Both the position numbers and the translations under genes were made by a program. A DNA stretch of 64,000 nucleotides from Mytilus trossulus (lineage: Eukaryota), in the NCBI RefSeq assembly GCF_036588685.1, contig NC_086380.1:76136001-76200000 (forward strand), given 5' to 3'. The notes under the pieces were generated by a model. The model had not been told where the DNA came from and ran no database searches. It saw only the letters and a program-made list of their open reading frames with translations. Shown one piece after another: positions 11,601-25,200 of this stretch; the first letter of the stretch is position 1, and each line of letters begins with the position of its first letter.

Positions 11601-13475
11601 TATTTCGTTCTTTATTGCGTTACTGTTAAACTATTACAATAAAATATTCCGTTTTTTTATAAATTCAATTTGGTTTCAAATGGATAAAGTTCTTACTGTT
11701 GGTCTACTATATAGAGACATCACTGTCAGAGAGAGTGCGAATCGTTTGAACAGCCGATATAGTTTGTAATAAGGAAACTCTTTACAATTATATTATATAT
11801 TTGTGCAGTGTGTTGTGTTGTATACACAAGATTCAATGTTCAGATTTTGTGAAATGAAGCAACACCTTGCAAATATCAAATGAATGAATGTATTAAATTA
11901 AGATGATGAAAGAAGGTCTGTGTTTAGGGAACGAACAAATATGTATTGAAAGTATTGAATGTATGCAAAAAATAGCCAGTGAGATTGATTTTTTACCTAA
12001 AATAAAAGATTGAAAAAGTATAAAAAATGGTAACCGCTGTTTTGTTTGGTAAAATTGAATTCAAATGATCGGAAGCCTCGAAATTGATTTTGATTTGGTT
12101 ATTCAGTTTAAAGATCGACTTGAAAATGGGCAGTTGGGCGATGTGCATCAGACATAACGGTCATTATAATCAAACAAAAGGTACTAATCAAAAGAGCCAT
12201 GACACGTTAGAAACCTTTCAGTGAATACAAGCTACAAATCTTAGCAGTAATAATTTTGAGAACATCATTACATGATCGAACATTTGGTGTTGATGGGAGA
12301 TCTTGTATTATTTTAGCAACTGTTAAAAAGTGAGGACGATTTATATCTTGAATTTTTATGTACTTTTCTGTGGTCTCCTTTTGAATATAGTATGCAGCCC
12401 TCCAGTTGTCTTTTAACTGTATGTGTCGTTAACTTATTGTCTCATTGAGATTAACGCAGATGTTTTACCAAAAATTCAGTTGGCCAATTGTATTTTAAAT
12501 ATCATCAAACGATCGTTATATTATACTAAACGTAAAAACTGTTTTTCACACCGCGATGCATCACAGCTGGATATGTGATATTTCTAATATTTTTTATGAA
12601 ATCACGCCTATGATAGTAAAAATGTTTTGTTTTATGTGGGGGGGGGGGGGGATTGATATGCATTACTAATATTCAATGCATGATTTTTTAATTCTAAGAT
12701 TTAAGCGTTTTACTTATAGATTGCCTCCGTCATAATAGGATATACAAGAAACATTACTTTTTTTGACTGAATTATTTCATCTAAATTAGATACATTTTTT
12801 TTAATTACACCAACAAACAATGTTATTTAACAATGATTTCCGTCGTTGTAATCAAATTCTGATATTGTGGTACACTACTCTGGGATGAATATAATCGTAG
12901 CTTAATCAAGCAGCCATTTTTATGTGAGTGGATCTCTGTTTTTATAGATTATGTGATAAATGACCTCATTAATCCAGTCAAGGAGTATCATAAAATGATT
13001 TACAAATAGCGGTTTGGTTTATAAAGTTGCTAAAGTTATCTTTCTTGAAACATAAGCAACTTCCATAACTACATAATTTTTATATAGTTTGTCATTGTCT
13101 CAGTTTTGATTAAAAATAAAAATAAATCCTAGCTTTAAAAAAAATAAATCGATCCTTTTCAAGGAAACCACACACACACTTTACCGTACTATGTGCCAAA
13201 CAAAGAATCTAGTTTCAAATACATAATGATACACTGTAATGTGACCAGTATAAATTCAAAGCGTGTTTATTTTTTATTGGTTAACTTTGGATTATTTGTC
13301 CCTTATTTTTGGTTTTCTGAAAAAATACTGCATTTTCTCTTTACCGTAGTGTAATCTTATCTTAGATCACAGTCTTTGTAATTTTGCAGTAATATTAAGA
13401 CTTTTGATTTTGCTATGCTTTACACTACTATTTCCATGCTCAGTCATATCTCATTTGTTTTCAGAAATTTTCTCT

Positions 13476-15124
13476 ATGGCATCAACTAGGTTCTGTGATC
13501 CTTGTTCCGAAGCTGACAAGTCTTCAACAACAACAAAGTATTGCTCTGACTGTGAAGAAAGACTTTGTACAGACTGTGATGAATCACATTGCAGATTCAA
13601 AGCCTTCAAATCTCACCATGTTATCGACCTGACGTCCATCGGATCCAATAAACTGATGCCTGCGATAAAAAACTGCAATGTCCATTCAGGGATGCTTTTG
13701 GATTATTACTGCACAGACCATGAGATCGTATGCTGTAGAGCCTGCATATCTAATGAACACAGGGTTTGTCAGAACGTTCTCCCATTTGAACTTGCCTCGA
13801 AGGATGTAAAAAAGTCTGCACTGTTTAACGATGTTATGGAAGACATGACGCATCTTATTACAACATTGAATGCTTTAGACAATAACAGACAGTCAAACTT
13901 ACAATCTATGAAGGAATCTAAATCAACAATAACTAAGAAGATCCGAGCAGTGAAATCCAAATTTTTGAATCAAATTGACGATTTGGAGCGTGAATTAACG
14001 ACCACTTTGTCATCTCTCCAACGAAAACATGAAATGGAAATCAACAAACAAAAGCAAGAAATATCGCAAGTCTTGGTCAATGTTATAGAAAATAAAAACG
14101 AGTTGGATTTTTTGAGAGATCATGGATCTAAGAATCAGCTCTTTATATTCCTTCGCCAACAAGTAACAAATATTCATAGCGCCGAGGCCAAGATTCAGCA
14201 GATAGTATCCGATTCACAAGAATTCAATATAACCTTTGACGAAAAGAAATATGGTAAGCTTGAGTCTTTCGGGTCACTGTCAGAGTATGTCCAACCATGT
14301 CAAGTTCAATACAAACCAAAGAAATTTCAACAAGCCCAGATCAAGGCAGAACCAATGAAAAATATTCTAGGGTTTAAGAAGGATACAGTATTAAAATTTA
14401 ATACTGATGTGGTAAAAAGTATTTTGAGTGTATCAGTGACGATAATAATAAGCTCCTCATTACTAATACATCATCATCCGATACCAAACTGTATGTTTAC
14501 AGAGACTGTAAAGATTATGAGACAGAGATAGCTTTTTCCTCCGAACCTCATGGTGTAGTTGTGATACCTGGTACGGACAGAGCTGTTATTACCCTACCTA
14601 ACGAGAATTCTATACAATTCATCAATACGACAAAGATGACAAAGGACAACACAGTTAACGTTGGATTTACATGTTATGGTATTACTGCTGGACGTGACAG
14701 AATTTACGTTGGTGGTACAGGTGGTACTATCAAAACATTAGACCCCAATGGGACAGTTCTAAAAACGATTCAACAAGGATCTAATAATATTTTCTTCATA
14801 GCATACGATGATATTCATGATCATTTGATTGTTAGATGTCAAGACAAACTCCTTTGTATCAAAGTAGATGGAACACAAGTATACAGCAAGGACGTCTCAG
14901 GTTTAGCAGGAGTAACACGCGATAGGCGTGGTAACATTTACTACGGTTGTTACTATGCCAACAACATACAGAGAATATCATCAGATGGGGAAAACTGTGA
15001 AGAAATGCTGAACAAAGACAATGGCATTTACCGTCCGTATGGAATGTGTTTTAATAACGACTTCACGAAACTGTTTGTAATTAATAACGAAGGTAAATCT
15101 GTTCGTGTATACAAATGCAAGTAA
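13476..15124 (+). pseudogene. Copy 3: TRIM-like gene with 1-bp frameshift, near-identical to copy 6
   Basis: The true ATG is at 13476, after the acceptor ending 13464. The sequence reads gtgac|gataat at 14440/14441 versus gtgacagataat in copy 6, so the span is 1649 vs 1650 nt. An assembly error cannot be excluded. Confidence 0.8.
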
Positions 15125-16020
15125 ATGTTTTTATGAAACAACATGAGTACTTGAATTTATATTATGTAATTTATCGTGTTACTTAGATATACACATATAA
15201 AGTGCAAACTTCTTTTTTATATTTTCTGTTTAATTTTCGCTTTGTTATGCGGTTACGAAGAAATAATATTCGGAGAAAAATAAGTAAAGTACAAACAAAG
15301 ACGAAATAAACAAAAAGGAATATAAAGATTTATAATAAAAGTGGAAAAATAAAAAAAAAAAACCAATAAATAGCGTACATAAATAGCACGCATTAGTAAA
15401 CAATACAAGCAAACAAATGTTAAACAAACATTTACAAAGTCTTCGAAAAAAAGATGAAAAAGCCAAATAGAAATGAACAATTTAAACTCACTTACAAAGA
15501 AAAATAAAATACCACAAAAAATAAAATAAAATTGTAGATTCAATATATGAAATGATTCAAATGTTTACACAATTCATCTGCACTCAAAATATTGAAATTG
15601 GTACTTTAATTTAGAAACCACATGTATTGTTATGCATTAAACAAGATAGCTTAACACAGACCAATGAACTATGAAAATGAGGTCAAGGTCAGATGAACCA
15701 TGCCAGGGAATAACAATACATTTTGAAATGGATACCTAATTATATTTATTAAATACAATCATACGACATACGTTTGAAAAATCATATTCACATACCATAT
15801 GATTGAAAGAACTATCAAGATTAAGAAATACATACTCTGGAAGTCATTCCTTATGCTCATGTTGGTGTATATAAGAGAATGATGATAATTTTATAAGCAT
15901 ATTGCTTTTGAGTTGAAATGCGTGGATTGTGAAGTGTTCAATTGAATAAAAATACATTTTGAAATGGATACTTAATTATATTTATTAAATACAATCATAC
16001 GACCTACGTTTGAAATTTTC

Positions 16021-16724
16021 ATTTCTTAGAGGATTATTGTAAAGAGGTAATTGATCATGAGATTTCTTAGAGGATTATCGTGAAGAAGTAATTGATCATG
16101 AGATTTCTTAGAGGATTATTGTAAAGAGGTAATTGATCATGAGATTTCTTAGAGGATTATTGTGAAGAAGTAATTGATCATGAGATTTCTTAGAGGATTA
16201 TTGTGAAGAAGTAATTGATCATGAGATTTCTCAGAGGATTATTGTGATGAAGTAATTGATCATGAGATTTCTTAGAGGATGATTGTGAAGAAGTAATTGA
16301 TCATGAGATTTCTTAGAGGATTATTGTGAAGAAGTAATTGATCAGGAGATTTCTTAGAGGATTATTGTGAAGAAGTAATTGATCATGAGATTTCTTAGAG
16401 GATCATTGTGAAGAAGTAATTGATCATGAAATTTCTTAGAGGATTATCGTGAAGAAGTAATTGATCATGAGATTTCTTAGAGGATTATCGTGAAGAAGTA
16501 ATTGATCATGAGATTTCTTAGAGGATTATCGTGAAGAAGTAATTGATCATGAGATTTCTTAGAGGATTATTGTGAAGAAGTAATTGATCATGAGATTTCT
16601 TAGAGGATTATTGTGAAGAAGTAATTTATCATGAGATTTCTTAGACGATTATTGTGAAGAAGTAATTGATCATGATATTTCTTAAAGGATTATCGTGAAG
16701 AAGTAATTGATCATGAGATTCCTT
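16021..16724. repeat. 41-bp minisatellite, ~17 copies
   Basis: Unit atttcttagaggattattgtgaagaagtaattgatcatgag, with no spacers. Confidence 0.95.
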
Positions 16725-18894
16725 AATTTTGACCTACAACATGAAGAATTTAATAATTTATACTGAATATTTTGGTATTTATTGTATTTCTGTTAATCAG
16801 TAGAAAATGGTTTGTTTTAATTTGTAACATACAATCGGGAAGCAACTGTATATCATTTTAGATTTGCGGCTATTGTAAAACAAGGACTATAGTTACCAGA
16901 GGGACAGTCAAACTCATAAATCGAAAATAAACTGAAAACACCATGGTTAAAAATTAAAAGGACAAACAGACAAATGTAAATTTGTGTTGAAGAAACCAAT
17001 TATGAACATAAATTGAAATAAAAACTGCTTTGACATTTTTGTAAAAATTCCTTATATCCAAATATACAGAGACAAAACTAAAACATAACAAATAATACAT
17101 GGTTTACTAAACGTTTTTACTATTTCTAAATTCGTATATTACTTAATATGAGGATATAAATCTTCGTCATAGTCTTAAATACAATTTAATGAACGACTGT
17201 TGGTTTTCCTCTGTTCCAAATGATTCCTAACACTTTTTAAAGCAAATTTCAAAGCTTATATCCTCTAGTAAATTATTATTATGAAATAATTTGTCAAATC
17301 AAAAATACCGTTTTGTGTCAGTTATTATTCAAAATTTAATCTACTTATATATAAGACATTGCATCATAAATATACAATGTAAGATAAACCTCAGAAAATG
17401 TTAATTTTTAAGTTTGTGTCAAGCTGAAAAATCAAAAAAAAGGCAAGGTTGTTCAAGCGTTTTAACAGTTTCGTGTTCATAACCTAAAGGAGTTAATATT
17501 TTGTAATGCAGCCAAAGTGACTAAAATAATTACTAGTTTACCATCCCTGAATTAAACTGAAGTGTAAGAAAAAGTTTCACAGTATGATATGGGTTACTAT
17601 TTTTAGGAAAAGAGAGTCTGATTCATTGATGTATAACACACTGTACTAAAAAGATTGTGCAAATTTAAACATGTGTGTAAAATTTCAATGGATGTGATTT
17701 CCAGAAGATTCCTGCCTACACAAATCTTTCGATGCAAGACTTTTTAATCGAACGCTATGTGATTTTTGTTTACCATCAGTGAATTTGTTTGTTTCAGGTG
17801 ACCACCAATGTGTTTAAACTGTTAACCATACTCTTCTAGAGCATGTGCCTGGTAATTTCGTATCGTTGAATTTGTATTTATCATAGATAGAAACGGGCGG
17901 GTTCTTGAGTTTAATAGTTGCTTTTTTTATTTTGGTTTGATAGGGATATAAGGTAGAAGTTAAACAAACAACATTAGTACGTTTTTGACCATATAGTCCA
18001 TTATTACTCAATAAATTTAGAAATTAATATACAAAATTATTTGAATGGTGAACTTATGCACAGACGTTTTCAAACGTGTAGTCTTTTTTAGTAGCAAGAA
18101 TTTAGTTATACAAAAAACATGAAAAAATACATGAAATCATGAGAATACAATATTAACTTTAGTTACCAATGAAAATGATACAAACAGCCCAAAGTCTACC
18201 AGAGAGGATGAATAATTATTCTCCTACAATTAGACAGGTATCTATGTTCTGTTATGCATCGGTCCGATTCTGCAACAATTGTATATGAATAAGTGGATAG
18301 TATCAAAGTACTCATTGCAACACATATAAAAAAAACTTAAAAAGAACAAAGAAAAAAAAGAAAAAAAAAAGAAAAGAAAAGATGACATTCAATTAAAACA
18401 CTTATAATTGACTGAAAATGAAGGATACGTGGTTTATTCATTTCGTTTTAATATCAAAACAGGGTACGTTTATGCACACTGTTTGGTATTATTTCGTATG
18501 GTATCGTTAAATTTTTGTATTCTTAATTTTTTTAATGAACGTTAACATGGTTAGGTCGATTGTTTTTTTGTTTTTTTTTCAAATTTGGCTATTTTGTTGT
18601 GTGTCTGTCTTTGACTTTCCTCTTTATTTACTACTTGTCCATCTTTTTCTATTAAGGATAAATGAGAAAAAATATTTTAGAGTGAATATAAAATCTACAT
18701 CTTTAAACAAATTTACATTATTGTTTTTTTCTGCATTATACATGTTATAAGACATGTGTCTGTGTCAATATTTCCGTAAATGATAATCGAAAAAACAAAT
18801 ATATATACTGTAGCTGGCATGATTATCTATTGTTATTATTTGGTACTCTAGCAATCAACTCTTTGATTTTTTTAAATTGACCTAGTCGTATTTA

Positions 18895-19145
18895 TTTTTA
18901 ACCAGGAAGTGTAACTAGGCGGATATATATTTAACAGCGCCACATAGTGTTCAAAATCGTCATACATTAAATAAAGATACGGTAACTACGTATTTTTTGT
19001 CTTCAAGATCCAGTATTGCGTATTAGCAGAATTCGTAGTACTGTTCTCATTTAAATCCATCAGGTATGTTTTCTTAGTTTTGAAGTAGTTATTTTAACAT
19101 TAAACTCGGGTTGATAAAATGGACGTTTAAACCGAAAGCAAATAT
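18895..19145 (+). promoter_or_regulatory. Putative promoter + non-coding exon 1 cassette of copy 4
   Basis: ccaggaagtg at 18902, cagcgccacatagtgt at 18935, donor CAG|GTATGT (GT at 19064) and aaaccgaaagc near 19130. Confidence 0.62.
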
Positions 19146-19429
19146 CTTCACAATACTTTCGTCATATTTTTCTGTTAATCTTTTACATATGTTGCATAAA
19201 AAGTTTCTGCTTTTTAAAAGCAAATGATGTCAATGAATATATTTCTTTCTCTGAATCGTTTTCTTGTAATTGATATACTTTTTAGTAAAAATCACTGTAA
19301 GGGAAGTGCGAATCGTTTAAACGGTCGATATCGTTTGTTGTAGGGTAAATATTTTACTTTTATCAAACAAAGGGCGAGTGTAGTTATTTATACGAATTTT
19401 TTGGTTTTATGCATTGATTTGGTTTTCCA

Positions 19430-19790
19430 ATTATTTTTGATTCCCGCGTAATTGAGAGTCTTATGTAGACGACAAATGCAATACGCGAGTCTGGTGTACA
19501 CAATTATAAGCCTAACATGTTTGATTAGATGTTAAGTATAATGCCACTGCTGGTGGTGTTATGATTCCACGAGGTTTTCACGAGCCTAGTAGTCAGCACT
19601 TCTATGATGACATAAATTATTATTGATATGGTCAGAGTGGAAAAAAAACTTTTAGGAATTTATGGTCCTCAATGCTTTTTAACTTCTAACTTTTTTGGCC
19701 AGAGTAAATGATGAGTCTTGTGTAGCTGAAACGCGCATCTGACAAACATACAAAATGTCAATCCTGGTATCAATGATGAGTTTATTGACA
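19430..19790 (+). mobile_element. Degenerate retrozyme with two decayed hammerheads in the copy 4 intron
   Basis: gagtcttatgtagacga at ~19455 and tgatgagtcttgtgtagctgaaacgcgcatctg at ~19709. The segments gccactgctggtgg and cctagtagtcagcactt match the 7.2 kb unit. Confidence 0.7.
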
Positions 19791-20121
19791 TTCCTTTTTT
19801 TCTAGGGCAGATATTGCTTTAAAATATATAAAAACAAAACAAAGTCATACGAAACCCATAAACAAACAATTTACTTTTTAAATTGTTATTTGGATGGAGA
19901 GTTGTCTCATTGGCACTCACACCACATCTTTCTATATCAATATAACACAACAATGGATTCATGCGTATATTTTTTCATGAAACAATGAGCTCATTCACCC
20001 AGTTTCATATCATAATACATGATGTAATATACAAATAACATTTTGCACGATCCGATTGAGGCAATGGATCACCGTATTTTTAATTGTTGTTTCAGATGTG
20101 TACTCGTTATGAAAAGATTAA

Positions 20122-20647
20122 AGGAGTAGGTTCAGTAAGAACTCCTTTTGGCCCCAAAATATAGCAGTTTTAGAAAATTGTGAAAATGTAAACTTTAAGC
20201 TATATTTTGGAAAGTAAAATGCTTCTGCTACATACATATGAGCTGTTTTGAAAATTCAATACACAAATATCGCGTTCTAGCATCAATCAGTCATGGTAAA
20301 TTACTGAAATCTTCAAAATTTTAGCATTTTGGTTATTTTTTGGACGGTTTCTTCATTCATTATATTGAAATGTTAGTTGTATTTGATGATAATACAAATA
20401 TATATAAAGGTTGAGGGTGAACACGGCTGCGGCAACTTTCATTTTTGAGAAAAAACATCTGAAAAGTGACGTTTTTTGACATATTTGATAGATTATTCAT
20501 ATTTAAGCTTGAATCAGAGCGTTTTTAATGACTTAATCAGTTAAAATCTTTCACATAAACTAATTGAATCCATTGAAATAGACACTTAAGTGTTTAAAAA
20601 GTGTCCAAATTTCGAGGCCATAATCGTCCCTTATCGGACCTACTCCT
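20122..20647. mobile_element. Kolobok-like non-autonomous element (TTAA TSD)
   Basis: TTAA-aggagtagg ... cctactcct-TTAA. Purine-purine termini with a TTAA TSD are typical of Kolobok. Confidence 0.8.
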
Positions 20648-20928
20648 TTAAAAATGATCAAATTATTATAGTATTATTAAAATATACTCAAAATCTCCAA
20701 CTTTTACTTCAGTTTAACAAGACGATTTGTTTATGGTACAGTATCGAACATGAATGGTTCAGCTGTGGTAGTTTAATTCATATCACAAGATCGCAAGCAA
20801 AATTTATTAACCTTTTACTGCTAATCTTGCTCATCATGGAAACTGGCTTAAAAAAAGAATATGTAGACAAATATTATGATTTGGAGTATAATCAAACCAC
20901 ATTAATCCTTTATTTCAGAAGGTTTACT

Positions 20929-22578
20929 ATGGCATCAGCTAGTTTCTGTGATCCTTGCTCTGAAGCTAATAAGTCTTTAACAGCAACAAAATATTGCTCT
21001 GACTGTGAAGAAAGACTTTGTACAGACTGTGCAGAATCACATTGCAGATTCAAAGCTTTCAAATCTCACCATGTTATCGACCTGTCGTCCCTTGGATCCA
21101 ATATCCTTATGTCCGCGAAGAAAAACTGCAATGTCCATTCAGAAATGATATTGGATTATTACTGCACAGACCATGAGATCGTATGCTGTAGAGCCGGCAT
21201 ATCTCATGAACACAGGCTTTGTCAGAACGTACTCCCATTGGAACTTGCCTCGAATGATGTTAGAAAGTCTGCACTGTTTAACGATGTAATGGAAGACATG
21301 ACGCATATTATTACAACATTGAACGCTTTAGACAATAACAGACAGTCAAACTTACAATCCATGGAGGAATCTAAATCAGCAATTACTAAGCAGATCCGAG
21401 CAGTGAAATCCAAAATTTTGAAACAAATTGACGATTTGGAGCGTGAATTATTAACCAATTTGTCATCTCTCCAACGAAAACATGAAATCGATATCAACAA
21501 ACAAAAGCAAGAAATATCGCAAGTTTTGGTCAATGTCATAGAAAATAAAAACGAGATGGATTTTTTGAGTGATCATGGATCTAAGAATCAGCTTTTTATT
21601 TTCTTTCGCCAACAAGTAACAAATATTCATAGCGCTGAGGTCAAGATTCAGCAGATAGTATCCGATTCACAAGAATTCGATATAACCTTTGACGAAAAGA
21701 AAGATGGTAAGCTTGAGTCTCTCGGGTCACTGTCAGAGTATTTTCAACAATGTCAAGTTCAATACAAACCAAAGAAATTTCAACAAGCCCAGATAAAGGC
21801 GGAACCAATGAAAAACAATCAAGGGTTTGAGAAGGATACAGTATTAAAATTGAATACTAATGTGGTAAAAAGTCTTTTTAGCGTATCAGTTACAGATGAT
21901 AATAAGCTGCTCATTACTAATATAAAATCATCCGCTCCCAAACTGTATGTTTACAGAGACTGTAAAGATTATGAGACAGAGATAACATTTTCCTCCGCAC
22001 CTTATTGTGTTGCTGTGATACCTGGTACCAACAGAGCTGTTATTACCCTACCTTACGCGATGTCTATACAATTCATCAATACTACAACGATGACAAAGTC
22101 CGACAAAGTCAACATGGGATTTGAATGTAATGGTATCACTGCTGGACGTGACAGAATCTATGTTGGTGGTACAGGTGGTACTATCAAAGCATTAGACACC
22201 AATGGAAAAATACTTAAAACAATTCGACAAAGATCTGAGGATATTTACATCATGGTATATAATGATTTACACGATCAGTTGATTGTTAGATGTTTTAACA
22301 AGCTTCTTTGTGTCAAAGTAGATGGAACACTAGTATACAGTAAGAACGTTTCAGGGGTATCAGGTGTAATACTTGATCGACAGAGGAACATTTATTTCGC
22401 TGGTTTTGAGACCCACAACATACAAAGAATATCATCCGATGAAGAAAATTGTGAAGAAATGTTGAACAAAGACAATGACATTGACTATCCATATGGAATG
22501 TGTTTTAACAATGACTTCACAAAACTCTTTGTAATTAATAACTATCGTAAATCTGTTTGTGTATACAAATGCAAGTAA
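20929..22578 (+). CDS. Copy 4: RING-less TRIM-like B-box/coiled-coil/propeller protein, 549 aa
   Basis: The ATG (MASASFCDPC) at 20929 lies 10 nt after the acceptor tatttcag (20918). The upstream part of the track ORF is intron/MITE sequence. Confidence 0.92.
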   Translation: MASASFCDPCSEANKSLTATKYCSDCEERLCTDCAESHCRFKAFKSHHVIDLSSLGSNILMSAKKNCNVHSEMILDYYCTDHEIVCCRAGISHEHRLCQNVLPLELASNDVRKSALFNDVMEDMTHIITTLNALDNNRQSNLQSMEESKSAITKQIRAVKSKILKQIDDLERELLTNLSSLQRKHEIDINKQKQEISQVLVNVIENKNEMDFLSDHGSKNQLFIFFRQQVTNIHSAEVKIQQIVSDSQEFDITFDEKKDGKLESLGSLSEYFQQCQVQYKPKKFQQAQIKAEPMKNNQGFEKDTVLKLNTNVVKSLFSVSVTDDNKLLITNIKSSAPKLYVYRDCKDYETEITFSSAPYCVAVIPGTNRAVITLPYAMSIQFINTTTMTKSDKVNMGFECNGITAGRDRIYVGGTGGTIKALDTNGKILKTIRQRSEDIYIMVYNDLHDQLIVRCFNKLLCVKVDGTLVYSKNVSGVSGVILDRQRNIYFAGFETHNIQRISSDEENCEEMLNKDNDIDYPYGMCFNNDFTKLFVINNYRKSVCVYKCK

Positions 22579-23096
22579 ATGGTTTTTTTTTGAAACAACA
22601 TGAATACTCTAAATTATATTATGTAATTCATCGTGTTACTTAAATACACAATAAGTACACACTTCTTTTTTTTTTATATTATCTGTTTAATAATCGCTTT
22701 TTATTTGCGGTTACGAGGAAATAATATTCGGAGAAAAATAAGTAAAGTACAAACAAAGACAAAATAAACAAACAAATAATATAAAAATTAAGAATAAAAG
22801 TGGAAAAAATAAAAACAAATAGCGTACATAAATAGCACGCACAATCAAACAATACAAGCAAACAAATGTTAAACAAATATTTACAAAGTCTTCGAAAAAA
22901 AGATAAAAAAAGCCAAGTAGAAATGAACAATTCAAACTGATCTGCCGCTAACGGATTTTTTTTTAGGATTTAATTTTAAGTACATTTAGCAGACACATTA
23001 AATGAACTTATAAATGGATCAGTTTCAAGTACTTATAGAATCAGCGTGTTGTGGTGGAATGACAAGTTCACACAGGATCATATAAAAATATGGGTA

Positions 23097-23728
23097 ACGT
23101 TAGGGTACCCAAATTGCACCGAGTACCCAAATTGCACCTATTTAGAAAAAAATAGCAACAAAAATCTTACAAGATTTCCTAGAGACTAAACAATTTTTAT
23201 TTTTATGATTTGATACTATGCACGTCTTTCAACATAGGTAAACAAATTTAGATATACACAAAACTTTCACAGTTTTTATCAACAGATGGACTGTTTACTG
23301 AAAAAGCAAAATGTACGAAAACGTCAACATGCGACGTCATCAAAACGTCATCTTTTTAAAATTAGCAAATACAATATATTATAAGTATCCATTTCGTAAA
23401 ATTTGAAGAGTAAGCATGGACAAATATCCAATTGTTAAAAATATTTGAAGAAATGAAACAAAAGCCCGGTTATTAGACTTTTGACGATGTGAATCTAAGC
23501 ATGGATGCAATTTGGGTACTCCTCATTACAGAATCATGGATAGTTTGGAGGTTGATACAAACCCATTTTTCAATGACTCAATATGGATTAAAATTCAAAT
23601 TGGTGTACCTATACAATCAAGAAGGATAGGGCTACAAAAAAAACACAGTATGGACATTTTTTTCTTCATCATAAAAAAACGTAGGTGAAAAAACTGTCAA
23701 AATAGGTGCAATTTGGGTACCGTCACGT
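23097..23728. mobile_element. MITE with 24-bp TIRs and TA TSD
   Basis: ta-acgttagggtacccaaattgcacc ... ggtgcaatttgggtaccgtcacgt-ta. The empty site is in the paralogous flank at ~35597. Confidence 0.85.
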
Positions 23729-24819
23729 TAGACCGAACAGCGGAAAATTTTTGGAAATTAAATTCAATTCCTGTGTTTGAAACTTCAGGTATAAATTCAA
23801 ACTTTTTTACCACATACAATGGGAGATCAAGCGTGCGTGTACAAGGTAACGCTGTCGGATTTGTCTGGCGTCAGCTTTGTAAGATCTATGAAACAATATG
23901 ACGATTATGGTCGCACTCATTTACCCGTTTCTGGATTATATTATAATGGTATGTATGCTCTGCAAACTAATCAATCTTTCCCTACCTTATCAGACAATTA
24001 TGATACCGTAAACTCTGATGAATATTATCACGGATTGCCAAATTATTCAACACAAGTATCGATTGAAAACACAGAATCACTATCAAATGGACATATACAA
24101 TATTCTCGTTCTCGTTTTGTTTATATTGCCCGAGAACACAGTTATTTCGTAGTGCATTTCTTTTAGACAATAAATTCAAATTAAAAAAAATCGCACCTGC
24201 TCTTTCTCAAAAATATTTTTACAGTGTAGTGTACTACCAGTGAGACAAATAATATCAAAATTATAGAAATTTCTCCCAGCTCTAACTCAAAATATTGACA
24301 ATTCCGTGTTAATGGGGTGTAAAATTCAGTTTGACAGCTTCAGACGTGATAAAATTTGACCCTTTAGAACTGGACCAATTCACTACTTAACATAAAGTTT
24401 CAGCACCCAAATTGTTTTGACATGTAATTACATCCCCCTGATTAATATTTCATACATTTAATATAAATAAATAAATTGGGAAAGTGTATTTAATAAAACA
24501 TGCAAGTTATACACTGTTTCCACTAGGGACTATATTCGTAGACAACGAAAACCAAAGGACGATAACTGTGTCCTTGGACCATATAGATTAGACCGTTGGT
24601 TTTCCCGTTTGAATGGTTTTACACTAGAAATTTTGGGGCCCTGTGTCCTTGGACCATATAGATTAGACCGTTGGTTTTCCCGTTTGAATGGTTTTACACT
24701 AGTAATTTTGGGGCCCTTTAATAAATAATAAATATTAAAAAACACGAAATCCACTAAAAACGCATGACCTGGTGCTGTACTTAAATATCCACTCTTTAAC
24801 ATTGTGTTATTGTGCTATT

Positions 24820-25200
24820 GTAAAATTGAGAATGGAAATGGGGAATATATCAAAGAGACAACAACCCGACCATAGATAAAATAACAACAGAAGGTCACCA
24901 ACAGGTCTTTAATGTAACGAGAAATTCCCGCACCCGGAGGCGTCCTTCAGCTGGCCCCTAAACAAATATATACTAGTTCAGTGATAATGAACGCCATACT
25001 AATTTCCAAATTGTACACAAGAAACTAAGATTAAAATAATACAAAACTAACAAAGACCATAGGCTGCTGACTTGGAGCAGGCGCAAAAATGCGGCGGGGT
25101 TAAACATGTTTATGAGATCTCAACCCTCCACCTATACCTCTAGCCAATGTAAAACAGTAAACGCATAACAATACGTACATTTAAAATTCAGTTCCAGAGT
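24820..25200 (-). mobile_element. SINE-like repeat family C abutting the truncation point of copy 5
   Basis: taaaattgagaatggaaatgggg terminus. An opposite-orientation copy lies at ~63120-63548 and a terminal fragment at ~56928-56962. Confidence 0.7.
25062..25145 (-). ncRNA. Twister ribozyme-like motif (circularly permuted, degenerate copy)
   Basis: The minus strand reads GGTG-GAGGG...TAA-CCCC-GC-cgca tttt tgcg-CCTG-CTCCAAGT-CAGC, the twister element order P2'/GA+T1, UAA, P2, T2, P3, P4/L4. P1 is not clearly paired. Confidence 0.4.

Noticed and set aside
16021-16724. CRISPR-like appearance of the 41-bp array (also the 54-bp array at 56155)
   Set aside because: Units are contiguous with no unique spacers, there are no cas genes, and the context is eukaryotic.
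20590-20928. 113-aa N-terminal extension of copy 4 (and 24-aa extensions at 13404 and 33002)
   Set aside because: These use non-ATG starts in MITE/intron sequence upstream of a conserved splice acceptor and are not conserved across the family.
23819-24166. 115-aa ORF downstream of copy 4
   Set aside because: The paralogous sequence at ~35690-36430 is frameshifted and interrupted, and there is no recognisable domain.
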